Both the position numbers and the translations under genes were made by a program. From assembly GCA_013154035.1 (NCBI GenBank), contig JAADDH010000069.1, positions 5,500-69,499 on the forward strand: a stretch of 64,000 bases of DNA. Direction: 5' to 3'. Source of the stretch: Candidatus Iainarchaeum sp. Its GTDB lineage: Archaea > Iainarchaeota > Iainarchaeia > JAADDC01. Numbering within the stretch: position 1 is the stretch's first letter; every line of letters starts with the position of its first letter. The notes under the pieces are model-generated. The model had not been told where the DNA came from. It was given only the letters and a program-made list of their open reading frames with translations, and ran no database searches. This document shows positions 18,472 to 27,924 of this stretch, piece after piece.

Positions 18472-19419
18472 TCAGATAAAAACGGTCTTCGTGAGTGGTG
18501 TGGCATCGTAGCCAATTCTGCACAGAACTGCCGCGAACTGTAGTGCATTTCCCCCATAAGTTAGAATAAGCCGCGGATTGCTCCGTTCAACAAAATCCAA
18601 GCTCTGCCGGAAATCACCATGCGATGAAAGACGAAAACCATTTCTAGCCCAGCCAGAACAAGAACGAGCAACGATTGGTCTGCCCAGTTCGGCTTCCAGT
18701 CCTGGTAGAATATCTGCGAAGTTCGGCGGGAGAACGAAAACTGCAGGCTCTGCCACGTGTTCTCGCCAACCCTCAGAGCCGATAAGTATGTCCGATAATC
18801 CAAAAATTGCATTAATTTTGTGCGTTCGCTCGGGAACAACGGGAACAACGCCCCATGAGTTCAACAGCGCGGTCAGCTCCTGGGACTTTCCCGTAGCGTA
18901 TCCGAAAAGAACAACATGATTTCCGATATCCATATTTACCTTTACCCAGCGCTCCATCTCTTCATATATCTGCATGCGCGGCGGAAATTGGTACTGGGGG
19001 GCGCTAAACGTCGTTTCCAGTATTAACACATCCACGTCGGTGGGAACCTCCGCACCCGGCTCAAGAATGTCGTCCTCCAGCTTCCAGTCCCCCGTAACAA
19101 CAATGCGCCGGCCATCGTCCACCACAAGCTGTGCAGAGCCGGGAATGTGGCCTGCGGGGATAAAGTGCACCTCAGTACCACCAAACACTCGAATATTACC
19201 CTCATGCACAGGTTCAGAGGTAGAATAGCCCAGAACGCGGAGAATCTCGTGGGTACCGATGGTGGACAGAACGTGTGCTCGCCGAGCAGCACCCGTGTGG
19301 TCCGAATGGGCGTGAGTAACAATGTGAACGGCCCCGAGAACGGGACGAGGAACATCTATGGCAATCTTCGCGAATCCAGTATCCAGAATGATGCCGTTCT
19401 TCCAGGGGTACGCAATCAC
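18472..19419 (-). CDS. Metallo-beta-lactamase fold hydrolase
   Basis: HAHSDHTG, the HxHxDH motif. The 315-aa size is too short for a beta-CASP enzyme. Confidence 0.65.
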   Translation of the reverse strand: MIAYPWKNGIILDTGFAKIAIDVPRPVLGAVHIVTHAHSDHTGAARRAHVLSTIGTHEILRVLGYSTSEPVHEGNIRVFGGTEVHFIPAGHIPGSAQLVVDDGRRIVVTGDWKLEDDILEPGAEVPTDVDVLILETTFSAPQYQFPPRMQIYEEMERWVKVNMDIGNHVVLFGYATGKSQELTALLNSWGVVPVVPERTHKINAIFGLSDILIGSEGWREHVAEPAVFVLPPNFADILPGLEAELGRPIVARSCSGWARNGFRLSSHGDFRQSLDFVERSNPRLILTYGGNALQFAAVLCRIGYDATPLTKTVFI

Positions 19420-19431
19420 GGAAGGATATGG

Positions 19432-20160
19432 CTAGCGCCGTTTAAACCCCTTTCGCGGTGCGATGTTCGTATGTTCCGCAACGATATCTGGAATGCGGCG
19501 GGCAGCACCGTCGTAGCCGTGTGTTCGTATCGCCGCAAGCGTGGCAAAATATACCCTTTTGAAACGATCGGCGTTGAAGGGACCCTCCGATGAATACTTG
19601 GCAACGGCGCGGCGAACTACCTTATTGTGATCCACATCAACCCCGCGATCCTCCAGATATGTGTGCTGAAACGCAAAGGCCAGCGCCTCACGCACATCTG
19701 TGGGCACATAGCGCTCGGATACGGACAGGCGCGTCGCTCTGCCAAACCGCTGGTTGAGCAATCTTTGCGTAATGTAGTGGATGAACTCGTGGACATGAAC
19801 GCTGTGCGCATCCGAAACAGGTATTTCCGACCGCGTAGGAAAATAAGATGCGAGAATTGTTCTGCCGCCGGAATACAAACCACGAGCAAATTCGTCATTA
19901 AAGTACTCCTCGAGATCTCGGAGAAATGGGACAGTTTTGCCACCGTAGGCATAGATCGCCCCTACATAGTGCTCACGAAATTTCGGATCAGTTTGGTAAA
20001 GAATCGGAATTGCTTCAATATTGTGTCTCACCCGCATATGCGCTATCTCGTCCTTGAAGGATGGAAACAGCTGCGTCAACATCTCTTTCACTAGCTCTTC
20101 CTTGGCACGACTCGCGCCGCGATAACGTTCAAACCAGTCCCAGAGGAGCCGATTCAGCAC
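19432..20160 (-). CDS. Hypothetical protein with an HExxH motif (putative Zn-dependent hydrolase)
   Basis: The 242-aa protein has a central HVHEFIHY. It lies 12 nt upstream of the MBL gene on the same strand. Confidence 0.45.
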   Translation of the reverse strand: MLNRLLWDWFERYRGASRAKEELVKEMLTQLFPSFKDEIAHMRVRHNIEAIPILYQTDPKFREHYVGAIYAYGGKTVPFLRDLEEYFNDEFARGLYSGGRTILASYFPTRSEIPVSDAHSVHVHEFIHYITQRLLNQRFGRATRLSVSERYVPTDVREALAFAFQHTYLEDRGVDVDHNKVVRRAVAKYSSEGPFNADRFKRVYFATLAAIRTHGYDGAARRIPDIVAEHTNIAPRKGFKRR

Positions 20161-20225
20161 GTGATTAGAATGATGTGGAAGAATATAAAGGTAAGTTTTT
20201 TATTCGTCCAAAACAATTTTGGAAT

Positions 20226-20699
20226 ATGGCGGTAAAAAAGATCACCCTCGTGGACGTTCCGCCTGTGCCAGATGGTATAAACAGTATAGACGTGCTGGCA
20301 ACGTTTCTGGCGCAATCCCTTGACCTCATCCCGAAAAAAGGCAAGCCCGATGTGGTAATTAAGCTCCTACAAATTTTCACACAGATTGCAGGAAAACGCG
20401 AGGATACTATCGTCGTGAGCGGAAGGAAAATAAGCGTAAAAAACGGTGCAATAAAGGTAGATGATCTATACCACTGGCTCCAGAGCGCGGGCATATCCCT
20501 CGGGCTCTCCCAGCTATACACGACCTATCTCGCGCGTTTCCTGGACGCGGGCATAATCGTAAAGAAGAAGGGTTCGCGCTACGGTCTCAGGGCAGACCGC
20601 ATTTCGGACGTGTTCCTGGAAATTGAGCGGGATGTGAACTCGCTGCTTGGAAAGATGAGAGAGCATGCCGCACGACTGGACAAAGCATCCAGCAACTAG
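20226..20699 (+). CDS. Hypothetical protein, possible winged-helix C-terminus
   Basis: The ORF was trimmed to the ATG MAVKK. The C-terminal segment LARFLDAGIIVKKKGSRYGL resembles a winged-helix wing. Confidence 0.35.
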   Translation: MAVKKITLVDVPPVPDGINSIDVLATFLAQSLDLIPKKGKPDVVIKLLQIFTQIAGKREDTIVVSGRKISVKNGAIKVDDLYHWLQSAGISLGLSQLYTTYLARFLDAGIIVKKKGSRYGLRADRISDVFLEIERDVNSLLGKMREHAARLDKASSN

Positions 20700-21034
20700 G
20701 CGCCGAGCATACGCAGAATCGCAGCAATGACATCATCCTCGTAGGTACCAAGCTCGTCAGAGAAGTAAAAGACGACTTTCGCACCCTTTTCCCTCAGCTC
20801 GCGAACGGTTTCTGCAGCTATCGGTGCCTCCTCCTTGCGTGGGAACAAGAGTGCTATGTTCACATCTGCAGAAGCATTAATCGCGTCCGGAACGTTATAA
20901 AAGCGGTCAATCATCGCGAAATCCAGCTCTAAAGGCGCAATCTTGTCCTCAAGTGCAGAACGGATTTTATCGGAGAGGTCCCAGTCCACATCCCGCGACT
21001 GAATGATTCGCACGTGCATGGAGAGAGAATGCAA
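20696..21034 (-). CDS. Hypothetical protein (112 aa)
   Basis: ORF is adjacent to a roadblock-like gene. No motif recognised. Confidence 0.35.
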   Translation of the reverse strand: MHSLSMHVRIIQSRDVDWDLSDKIRSALEDKIAPLELDFAMIDRFYNVPDAINASADVNIALLFPRKEEAPIAAETVRELREKGAKVVFYFSDELGTYEDDVIAAILRMLGA

Positions 21035-21048
21035 AGAGAATATAAAAA

Positions 21049-21393
21049 TCAGACCACAAGTTCCTCAAAGCGCATAACTACCCCGTCAGTGCTGGGCAGT
21101 TCTGGAACGTATGCGACGACGAAGCTCCCATCTCCGATGCGATACACATGAATCGTACCTGGAACATCTACAGGCTCAGCTATAACGCCGTTTAGTGTCT
21201 CGGGAAGCGCAGAAACAATATGTGTGGCTGTATCCAGAATAGTCTGTGCAAGATCCAAGTTTACGTGGCCCCTAGCTGCGGAAACCACATCACTACCCTG
21301 AACGAGGTAGACATAGTCCGTCCCGAGCTGGCGGCGAAGCCGCTCCAAATACGCATAGGGGTTCTCCCCTGGACGCGGACGGTCAATCATCAC
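21049..21393 (-). CDS. Roadblock/LC7 (MglB-like) domain protein
   Basis: The 114-aa protein has a roadblock-like pattern: VYLVQGSDVVSAARG .. GTIHVYRIGDGSFVVAYV. Confidence 0.45.
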   Translation of the reverse strand: MMIDRPRPGENPYAYLERLRRQLGTDYVYLVQGSDVVSAARGHVNLDLAQTILDTATHIVSALPETLNGVIAEPVDVPGTIHVYRIGDGSFVVAYVPELPSTDGVVMRFEELVV

Positions 21394-21536
21394 TATTAAT
21401 CAGGCATCATGGAAAATTTAAACCGAGCGGTGGTAACAACGCGAAGATTATTCGGTGGGGGATATAGAATTGGTGGTTGTGTGTGGTCGGCTGCTCCGCA
21501 GCCGACCTCGCGGCTCGCCAGCCGCGTATCGGCTGA

Positions 21537-21611
21537 TGCTCCGGCCGGGATTTGAACCCGGGTCGCGGGCTCGAGAGGCCCGCATGCTTGGCCTGGCTAC
21601 ACCACCGGAGC
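21537..21611 (-). tRNA. tRNA-Glu (anticodon CTC)
   Basis: Cloverleaf has acceptor GCTCCGG/CCGGAGC, anticodon loop CTCTCGA, T-loop TTCAAAT. The leader AUCGGCU and trailer AGCCGAU are complementary and extend the acceptor stem. Two strong hairpins follow. Confidence 0.85.
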
Positions 21612-21647
21612 AGCCGATTCCACCAGGCAGAACAGCAGTAGAATGGG

Positions 21648-21670
21648 AGCAAAGAAATGGTTTTAAAAGT
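21648..21670 (-). promoter_or_regulatory. Stable-RNA promoter motif TTTTAAAACCATTT(C/T)T (TATA box) upstream of tRNA-Glu
   Basis: The same motif occurs upstream of the 5S rRNA at 35938..35953. A variant lies upstream of tRNA-Pro at 14082..14096. Confidence 0.5.
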
Positions 21671-21678
21671 AGGCGAAC

Positions 21679-22158
21679 GTGAGCGGGAAAAAGATTATAT
21701 ACGTGAACTGCCCAATTTGGGGGAGGAACGAATTCTCCCCTGGAGGTCTACAAATGGGTAGAGAGGTTGCTGTGGACTGTGTTATTATGAAGGATGGCAA
21801 AGTATTGCTTTTGAAGCGGGCCCATGAGCCATTCAACGGGTACTGGGTGCTGCCGGGTGGACACGTGGAATCCAATGAAAGCGTGGAAGATGCTGCGGTT
21901 CGGGAGATGCGTGAAGAACTGGGACTAGATGTGGAAATAGGACGGCTGATTGGCGTATTTTCGGATCCCCACCGTGATCCGCGCGGACTTGTCAGTGTAG
22001 CGTTCCTGGCAAGAGCGGCGGGAGGAGATGTCCAGCTAAACCGAGAGGCGTCAGAGTACGCATGGTTTCCGCTGGACGAGCTGCCGGAGAACATAGGCTT
22101 CGACCACAAGGAAATACTGGAAGGGGTGCGCTGCTTACTCAAACTCAAGCAGGCGTGA
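21679..22158 (+). CDS. NUDIX hydrolase
   Basis: Nudix box GGHVESNESVEDAAVREMREELGL. Confidence 0.8.
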   Translation: MSGKKIIYVNCPIWGRNEFSPGGLQMGREVAVDCVIMKDGKVLLLKRAHEPFNGYWVLPGGHVESNESVEDAAVREMREELGLDVEIGRLIGVFSDPHRDPRGLVSVAFLARAAGGDVQLNREASEYAWFPLDELPENIGFDHKEILEGVRCLLKLKQA

Positions 22159-22839
22159 TACGATCTCCTTCGGCTCCAGCTCCGTTGTCACAAGCAACAC
22201 CCCTTCCTTTTCTGCTATTTTTTGTGCTACGATGTCTGGCGTGCTGATACCCTGTAAAACAACCATTGCTGGAACCATATCTACACAGAAACGCCCTATT
22301 TTCAGAGCAATCATGGGGGAGCGCCCAGTAGTGACACCAGTGAAAACGAAGGCGCGCTGGGGTGTCGACCCAAACAGCTTCATATAGTCATGAACATTAA
22401 CGTCCGTAATCGTCTTTATGGAGTCGATGAGCGTGTAGCCAAAGATTTTAGTGGTTGCCATAAGCTCGTCATGCGTGATCACGCTTCCTCCGATACGCTG
22501 AATAAAATCAGATGCTGAAACCGCGGAGTAGAAGTCGTGGTTCTCAAACGGCCCATGGTCGTAGCCCTGAAGCACCTGGCGCTCCAGTTGCTTGACGATC
22601 TTGCCCCCGCGCTTTTTGTCCAGTTCAATGAGTGCATTAACCAGTCTGCGAACGACGCCAATTCCGGGACTCTTACGCCGCCCGCTCTCGTAGTCTGATA
22701 TTGTAGACGGGGATACGCCGAGAGCCTGCGCCAACTCCGCTTGAGATACGCCGAAAAGCTCCCGCCACTTGCGCATGGACAGTCCAGGATCTTTAGAGAG
22801 CGCTATCTCCCCTGCAATGATGAGGGATAGTTTGTCCAT
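22135..22839 (-). CDS. Archaeal HTH (XRE-like) transcriptional regulator with a C-terminal domain
   Basis: The N-terminal HTH is LFGVSQAELAQALGVSPSTISDYESG. Total length is 234 aa. Confidence 0.6.
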   Translation of the reverse strand: MDKLSLIIAGEIALSKDPGLSMRKWRELFGVSQAELAQALGVSPSTISDYESGRRKSPGIGVVRRLVNALIELDKKRGGKIVKQLERQVLQGYDHGPFENHDFYSAVSASDFIQRIGGSVITHDELMATTKIFGYTLIDSIKTITDVNVHDYMKLFGSTPQRAFVFTGVTTGRSPMIALKIGRFCVDMVPAMVVLQGISTPDIVAQKIAEKEGVLLVTTELEPKEIVSRLLEFE

Positions 22840-22907
22840 ATTTCAATTCAGGTATATTGAGAATAAAAATATAGACGTTTGACGAATGGTACCCATGGCA
22901 AAAAACG

Positions 22908-23594
22908 TTATACTGCAAGCACCGTTGCGTTCAACCGGCGCGCCTGCTCGTCATACTCGTGGATCATGTCCTTTGGGAGATCCAGGCGGACAACACCCAC
23001 ATCGGGCTTCCAAGTCATGCGAATATCTCCGGATTCCACGACGAAACCAGCGCTGGGGAACTCGCGGAGGAAGAGATCTGCGGCGTCAGCAGCTCGATCG
23101 CCAGTAAACTGAAATGCGACCTTGCTCACCTGCTTGCCGCCAAGTTTCTGGAGTGCTTCAGAGATTCCCTTTTCGCCAAGAATAAGGGGTCGGATAACTA
23201 CCTCGCCACGGTTAGAGAAAACAATATCTACGAAACGGGCAACACTGTCGTCCTCCTTGAAGAGATAATAGCGGTAAGTCCTGTAGCGCTCAAGATGCCC
23301 ATCGACACTGTCTATGAGTGCCTCATACTTCGCGAGGAGCGTGCGAATGCCCTCATACCGTGCCTTCATCTCCTTGAATGTGGGCAGGAGGTCATTCTCG
23401 CGCACGAACTCTTCCGCAACCTCGTTCAGATCTGGATACTCCTCAAGAACGCGCACGAAATCGTCATATGCCTGAGATAGTGCCTCAAGGGCTGGAGCCA
23501 TCTCGTAGCTCTCCCGCAGATAAGTATTCAGGTAGTAAATACCCTTTTGAAGACGATTAAGAGAATCTTTGAGGCGGCCAAGTGCTTCCTCCAT
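22908..23594 (-). CDS. Hypothetical protein
   Basis: ORF trimmed to MEEALG. No recognisable motif. Confidence 0.35.
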   Translation of the reverse strand: MEEALGRLKDSLNRLQKGIYYLNTYLRESYEMAPALEALSQAYDDFVRVLEEYPDLNEVAEEFVRENDLLPTFKEMKARYEGIRTLLAKYEALIDSVDGHLERYRTYRYYLFKEDDSVARFVDIVFSNRGEVVIRPLILGEKGISEALQKLGGKQVSKVAFQFTGDRAADAADLFLREFPSAGFVVESGDIRMTWKPDVGVVRLDLPKDMIHEYDEQARRLNATVLAV

Positions 23595-23647
23595 GATATA
23601 CAAACAGGCATCTTCTGTTTTAAAATGATGGAGTGGTAAAAACAAAT

Positions 23648-24115
23648 ATGCCAAAGAAAGAGAAGAAGCAGACGGACACAACCACGCAGGAAACCGCCCA
23701 GAAGCCCACGGCAGATGAGCTCCTCTCCCAAACGATTCACGACTTCCACTATGAGGTCAAGGGAATCAAGAACTACTTCTCAAACGTCTACGATGCAGTA
23801 AAATACTATCTGGATAAGTACGGACCATATCTGCCCACGGAGGACCGTAAAAAGCTAGCGCTACTTGCATTCAAAGCAGATGAAATTATGCTAGACGTCT
23901 ACGGCCTTGCATATCAAATAGATATCATCTACGGGGAGGCACAGGCAAGCATCGATCGAGGCGAACCGGAGACCTTCCACGTCGAGGATGAATTTGTCGG
24001 GCAGCTGAGAGACGCCATAAACAGCGTGGAAGAGGCCATAGATTCTTTTGTGGACGAGTTCAAGGCAATGATTGCCGAATTTAGAAAAAAGGCAGAGAAG
24101 GACGGAATGTATTGA
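23648..24115 (+). CDS. Hypothetical protein with a Lys-rich N-terminus
   Basis: MPKKEKKQTD.. It is transcribed divergently from the previous gene. Confidence 0.35.
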   Translation: MPKKEKKQTDTTTQETAQKPTADELLSQTIHDFHYEVKGIKNYFSNVYDAVKYYLDKYGPYLPTEDRKKLALLAFKADEIMLDVYGLAYQIDIIYGEAQASIDRGEPETFHVEDEFVGQLRDAINSVEEAIDSFVDEFKAMIAEFRKKAEKDGMY

Positions 24116-24197
24116 GCTCAGCAGTTACCACCTGTCATCAACCGTCAGTCTGGGACGGCCTCATCATCGCTCCATACCAACAAGGCAAAATGTGGGT

Positions 24198-25466
24198 TTA
24201 GAGGGTGATATCCACCCGCTCCCCAAGCTTTGGCGCATAGGTCTTTATGCCGAATTCTTCCTTCAGATCCTCTGCGAGACGGACCGTGTTGTCCTCATCG
24301 CCGTGTACTGCCACAACGTACTGTGGATTTACGTTCTTCACGAGCTTGAAGAGCTCATCCCTGCCAGCGTGTGCTGAGAAATCATAGCGCTCGACCGCCA
24401 TCTGCAGCTTGAACTCATAGCCGTCAGCCTCAAATACGCCCTCCTCTAGCACCCTACGTCCAGGGGTATCCTCCACAAGGTATCCCGTAAAGATAATCTT
24501 GCTCTTTGGATCATCCTTCAGTGCAGTGGTGTAGAAGATAACGGGGCCACCCTGCATCATGCCTGCCGTCGTAACGAGAACTGCAGGCTCCTGGATCGCG
24601 CGCTCACGGTCCCTCTGCGTCTTAATCCAGTGCACCTTACGCATGACGTTCTTCAACTTCTTAGCGTTTGTAATGTAGTCGGGGTGACGAAGAATGATCT
24701 TCGTTGCATCCCTCGCCATACCGTCAAAGAAGATGTTCTCAACGCCATGGGAGACGAGAATGTCCACAATCTCTTGAGCGCGGCCAACGGCAAACACAGG
24801 GAGAATCACGAAGCCTCCGTTGTCCAGCGTCTCCTTGACGGACTCCACAAACTTCTGTTCCAGAACCTTACGATCAGGGTGTGACTTGTCGGCATACGTG
24901 GACTCCATTATTAGAACGTCCGCTTCAACCCCTGTCAGATCTGCACCACGCTGGATATGTGTGCCGTACACCTTCACGTCGCCAGTGTAGAGCACGGTGC
25001 CCTCCTTTGTATAGAGCTTCGTGAGCGCGGAGCCGGGAATGTGACCAGCATCGTAGAACTCGTAGCTGATCTCAGATGTTATTGGCGTAGTCTCGTAGTA
25101 ATCGGTGCGCACGACGTACTGGCTGGCCAGACGGACCGCATCCATGTTATACGCCGGCTCAATCTCCTTTCTCTTAGCCACTTTGATCATGTCCTTCCAG
25201 AGGAGATAGGACAGATCGTGCGTTGGCGGGGTCATGAATACGTTGGTCTCAGACTCCGTGAAATAATGGGGCACGTAGCCCGTGTGATCCAAGTGCGCGT
25301 GGGATACAATCATCCCGTCAATCAGCCCCTCAAACTTAAGCGGATACTCCGGGGCGTCCTCTGTAACCTTCACGCCGTAGTCCAGAAGCACCCTTGACCT
25401 GCCGGACTCCAAGAGGATTGCACTTCGTCCAACTTCTCTTCCTGCTCCATAGATTCCAATTCTCAT
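24198..25466 (-). CDS. MBL/beta-CASP ribonuclease (aCPSF2/RNase J-like)
   Basis: The 422-aa protein has HAHLDHTG and a C-terminal RMMBL segment YVVAVHGDEDN. The start is preceded by AGGAGG. Confidence 0.78.
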   Translation of the reverse strand: MRIGIYGAGREVGRSAILLESGRSRVLLDYGVKVTEDAPEYPLKFEGLIDGMIVSHAHLDHTGYVPHYFTESETNVFMTPPTHDLSYLLWKDMIKVAKRKEIEPAYNMDAVRLASQYVVRTDYYETTPITSEISYEFYDAGHIPGSALTKLYTKEGTVLYTGDVKVYGTHIQRGADLTGVEADVLIMESTYADKSHPDRKVLEQKFVESVKETLDNGGFVILPVFAVGRAQEIVDILVSHGVENIFFDGMARDATKIILRHPDYITNAKKLKNVMRKVHWIKTQRDRERAIQEPAVLVTTAGMMQGGPVIFYTTALKDDPKSKIIFTGYLVEDTPGRRVLEEGVFEADGYEFKLQMAVERYDFSAHAGRDELFKLVKNVNPQYVVAVHGDEDNTVRLAEDLKEEFGIKTYAPKLGERVDITL

Positions 25467-25547
25467 CTCTTTCGCCTCCTATACCGTTCGTAAACGTCAA
25501 CGATGATATTTCCAACGATGAACGCGATAACGAGCCAGAGAAGCACG

Positions 25548-26282
25548 TCAGACACGGAAAAGCCTCCTGGCATTCTGCCACGTTCTATGTAACACTTTAT
25601 CCACGCTTGTCTTTTTAACATCTGCTATGAACTTTGCAACGTCTGCGACCCACCACGGGCGCGCCTCCTCCCCGCCGAAACGCACGGGCATGTCTGTCTC
25701 CAGCAGCGTCTGTTCCAGCGGCACCACGTCCACTATCGCCCGATACGACTCGTAGTGGAGCACCGCTGGGCCAAAGGAGAAAAAGTAGCCTAGATCCACG
25801 CCGCGCAACACGTCCTTCATAGGTCCGGAGAACCAGTGCAGGTTTGCCCGCACGTCATACTCACTGAGGATGTCCAGCACGGGCTTATGGGCCCTGCGAG
25901 AATGCACTTCTACTGGCAGATCGTAATCAACAGCGATCTGAATCTGTTTTCTGAAAAAGAGCTTCTGTCGATCCCTCTGCTCTGCAGTCTCCGCAAACTT
26001 GTAGTCTAGCCCAATCTCCCCCACAGCCACAACGTGTTCATTCCCAAGCATTTTCTCAATAGTCTGCAAATCGCTCTCCGAAGCGCGCAAGGCATACTCG
26101 GGGTGAATCCCCACCGCAGCAAATACAATCTCGTGCTTTTCTGCAAGTTCCAAACACTTCCTCGCCGTATCTACATTCTCCGCGTTGGTGATAATCAGGC
26201 CAACACCTCGCTGCTCGGATTCGCGAACGACGGCGCCAGGGTCTTCAACGGCATAGAGATGATTGTGAACGTCCGAAAGCAT
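25548..26282 (-). CDS. tatD: TatD family metal-dependent hydrolase/DNase
   Basis: The N-terminus MLSDVHNHL, and the TatD TIM-barrel His/Glu/Asp pattern. Confidence 0.78.
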   Translation of the reverse strand: MLSDVHNHLYAVEDPGAVVRESEQRGVGLIITNAENVDTARKCLELAEKHEIVFAAVGIHPEYALRASESDLQTIEKMLGNEHVVAVGEIGLDYKFAETAEQRDRQKLFFRKQIQIAVDYDLPVEVHSRRAHKPVLDILSEYDVRANLHWFSGPMKDVLRGVDLGYFFSFGPAVLHYESYRAIVDVVPLEQTLLETDMPVRFGGEEARPWWVADVAKFIADVKKTSVDKVLHRTWQNARRLFRV

Positions 26283-26286
26283 GGAA

Positions 26287-26526
26287 TCACCCCAAGTACT
26301 TGGAGAATTTGGTAGTACGGTACGCAGTAATCACAAGAACTTTGGAATTATCGCTTCGTGCTACTACTACGATTGCATCGTTTCCAAACCTCTTGACGTA
26401 CATTGTATTGCCTTGCCTATCGCGCATCGTTGAATCCGGATCACGTATGGTTTCAAGCACTTCGTCCCTTGTGATTCGCCGTTGTTTCAGGCGCTCAAGT
26501 GAGTGAATTGTCCAAACTACGCGCAT
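26287..26526 (-). CDS. DUF4258-like small protein (putative toxin component)
   Basis: The 79-aa protein MRVVWTIHSLERLKQRRITRDEV.. has its start overlapping the stop of the upstream DUF2283-like ORF. Confidence 0.55.
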   Translation of the reverse strand: MRVVWTIHSLERLKQRRITRDEVLETIRDPDSTMRDRQGNTMYVKRFGNDAIVVVARSDNSKVLVITAYRTTKFSKYLG

Positions 26527-26744
26527 TAACCCACCGCAACAGGTAGTATGGATGTGGGCTCCTCTATGATCTTATTTAGGTCAATTTTCCTACTGCGAAC
26601 ACCCAAAATCTCTATACCTACAACATTGCCCCTAGAGTCGTAGTCCACAACCACCCCATCATCAACCTCTTCTGAACTAGCAACTTCCGCGGTTGAAAGT
26701 CGGATGTATAGCGCATCAGCGGCGGAATCATATCTCATCTCCAT
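26526..26744 (-). CDS. DUF2283-like small protein (putative antitoxin component)
   Basis: The 72-aa acidic protein ..DALYIRLS..VVVDYDSRGNVVGIEIL overlaps the next gene by 1 nt. Confidence 0.55.
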   Translation of the reverse strand: MEMRYDSAADALYIRLSTAEVASSEEVDDGVVVDYDSRGNVVGIEILGVRSRKIDLNKIIEEPTSILPVAVG

Positions 26745-26796
26745 GTGTTAACATAGGTTGGAACCCCTAATAAAACCAAACCCACACTGTAATTCT

Positions 26797-27924
26797 GTGA
26801 AGATCCTGCTAACGACCATGGTGGGCTTAGAGGAAACAACGCTGAAGCACGTTGGCGAACACTTCAGTCTGCGAGGCGAGAAACTGAGAAACGGCAGAGT
26901 AATTGTGCAGGGGGACGAACAGGATGCGATTCGTCTTGTATATGCTGGAAGAACATTCGAACGGGTAATGATTCTCCTGGACGTTGTGGAAAATGTCAAA
27001 ACGCTAGACGATATCTACCGTGCAGTTCGGGACGTGGATCTCGGAGAGCACTTCGGACCGGACAAAACGTTCGCGTGTAGATCGGACCGCATGGGTGAAC
27101 ACCCATTCACGTCTCTGGATATTGAGCGAACAGCGGGGCAGGCGGTGGTGGACTACTTCATGGAAACGCAGGGGAAGCGCATTCGGGCGAATCTGAAAAA
27201 TCCTGACGTAATTCTCCGTGCAGACCTTGACGGTGAGACGCTCTACATCGCTCTCGATCTTGTGGGTTATGAGGCAATGCACAGGAGGGGCTATCGCGTC
27301 TACGACCACCCCGCGGCGCTGAACGCTGCGCTCGCTGCATCCATGCTCTTGGAGAGCAGATGGAATCCGAACAGAGCACTGATGGATCCGTTTGCAGGTG
27401 GGGGAACGATACCCATCGAGGCTGCACTCTGGGCACGGAACGTACCATGGTTCCGCTTCAGAACGTTCCTGTTTGAACGGGCAGGGTTCTTCGATCCACA
27501 GATAGTCCAAGAAGTGCGAGAGGATCTAGAAGCTCAGATCAATGAGAGACAGGTCAAGACGATTGGAATAGAGAAGTATGCGAAACACGTGCACGGAGCG
27601 ATAAAGAATGCGGAGAGTGCGGGCGTTCTGGATACCGTTGTGATAAAACAGGGGGATGCAGAGGCGTTTAAGGATTACGCTGACGTGATCGTGACAAATC
27701 CGCCATATGGCAATCGCATCGCCAACCCTCGGGTAGTGCACAAGTTATACATAAATTTCACAAAGCGCGCGGCCGAGAACAGCATCCCGACGATCCTCAC
27801 AATCACCAGCCGCTGGAAATGGATGGAGTCTGCGCTACGCGGCGTTGGCTATCGCATAGAAAAGAGCAAGTTTGTCCTCTATGGCAAACTGCACACACAT
27901 ATGATCAGGGCAACGCTCGAATGA
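26797..27924 (+). CDS. THUMP-domain tRNA (guanine-N2) methyltransferase (Trm14/TrmN-like)
   Basis: It has an N-terminal THUMP-like region and the VTNPPYG (NPPY) catalytic motif. A GTG start was chosen to fit the conserved N-terminus KILLTT. Confidence 0.72.
   Translation: MKILLTTMVGLEETTLKHVGEHFSLRGEKLRNGRVIVQGDEQDAIRLVYAGRTFERVMILLDVVENVKTLDDIYRAVRDVDLGEHFGPDKTFACRSDRMGEHPFTSLDIERTAGQAVVDYFMETQGKRIRANLKNPDVILRADLDGETLYIALDLVGYEAMHRRGYRVYDHPAALNAALAASMLLESRWNPNRALMDPFAGGGTIPIEAALWARNVPWFRFRTFLFERAGFFDPQIVQEVREDLEAQINERQVKTIGIEKYAKHVHGAIKNAESAGVLDTVVIKQGDAEAFKDYADVIVTNPPYGNRIANPRVVHKLYINFTKRAAENSIPTILTITSRWKWMESALRGVGYRIEKSKFVLYGKLHTHMIRATLE

Noticed and set aside
21455-21682. 75-aa ORF across tRNA-Glu, and 35471..35992 across tRNA-Asp and 5S rRNA
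   Set aside because: They overlap structural RNA genes. Open frames are a consequence of GC-rich RNA sequence.
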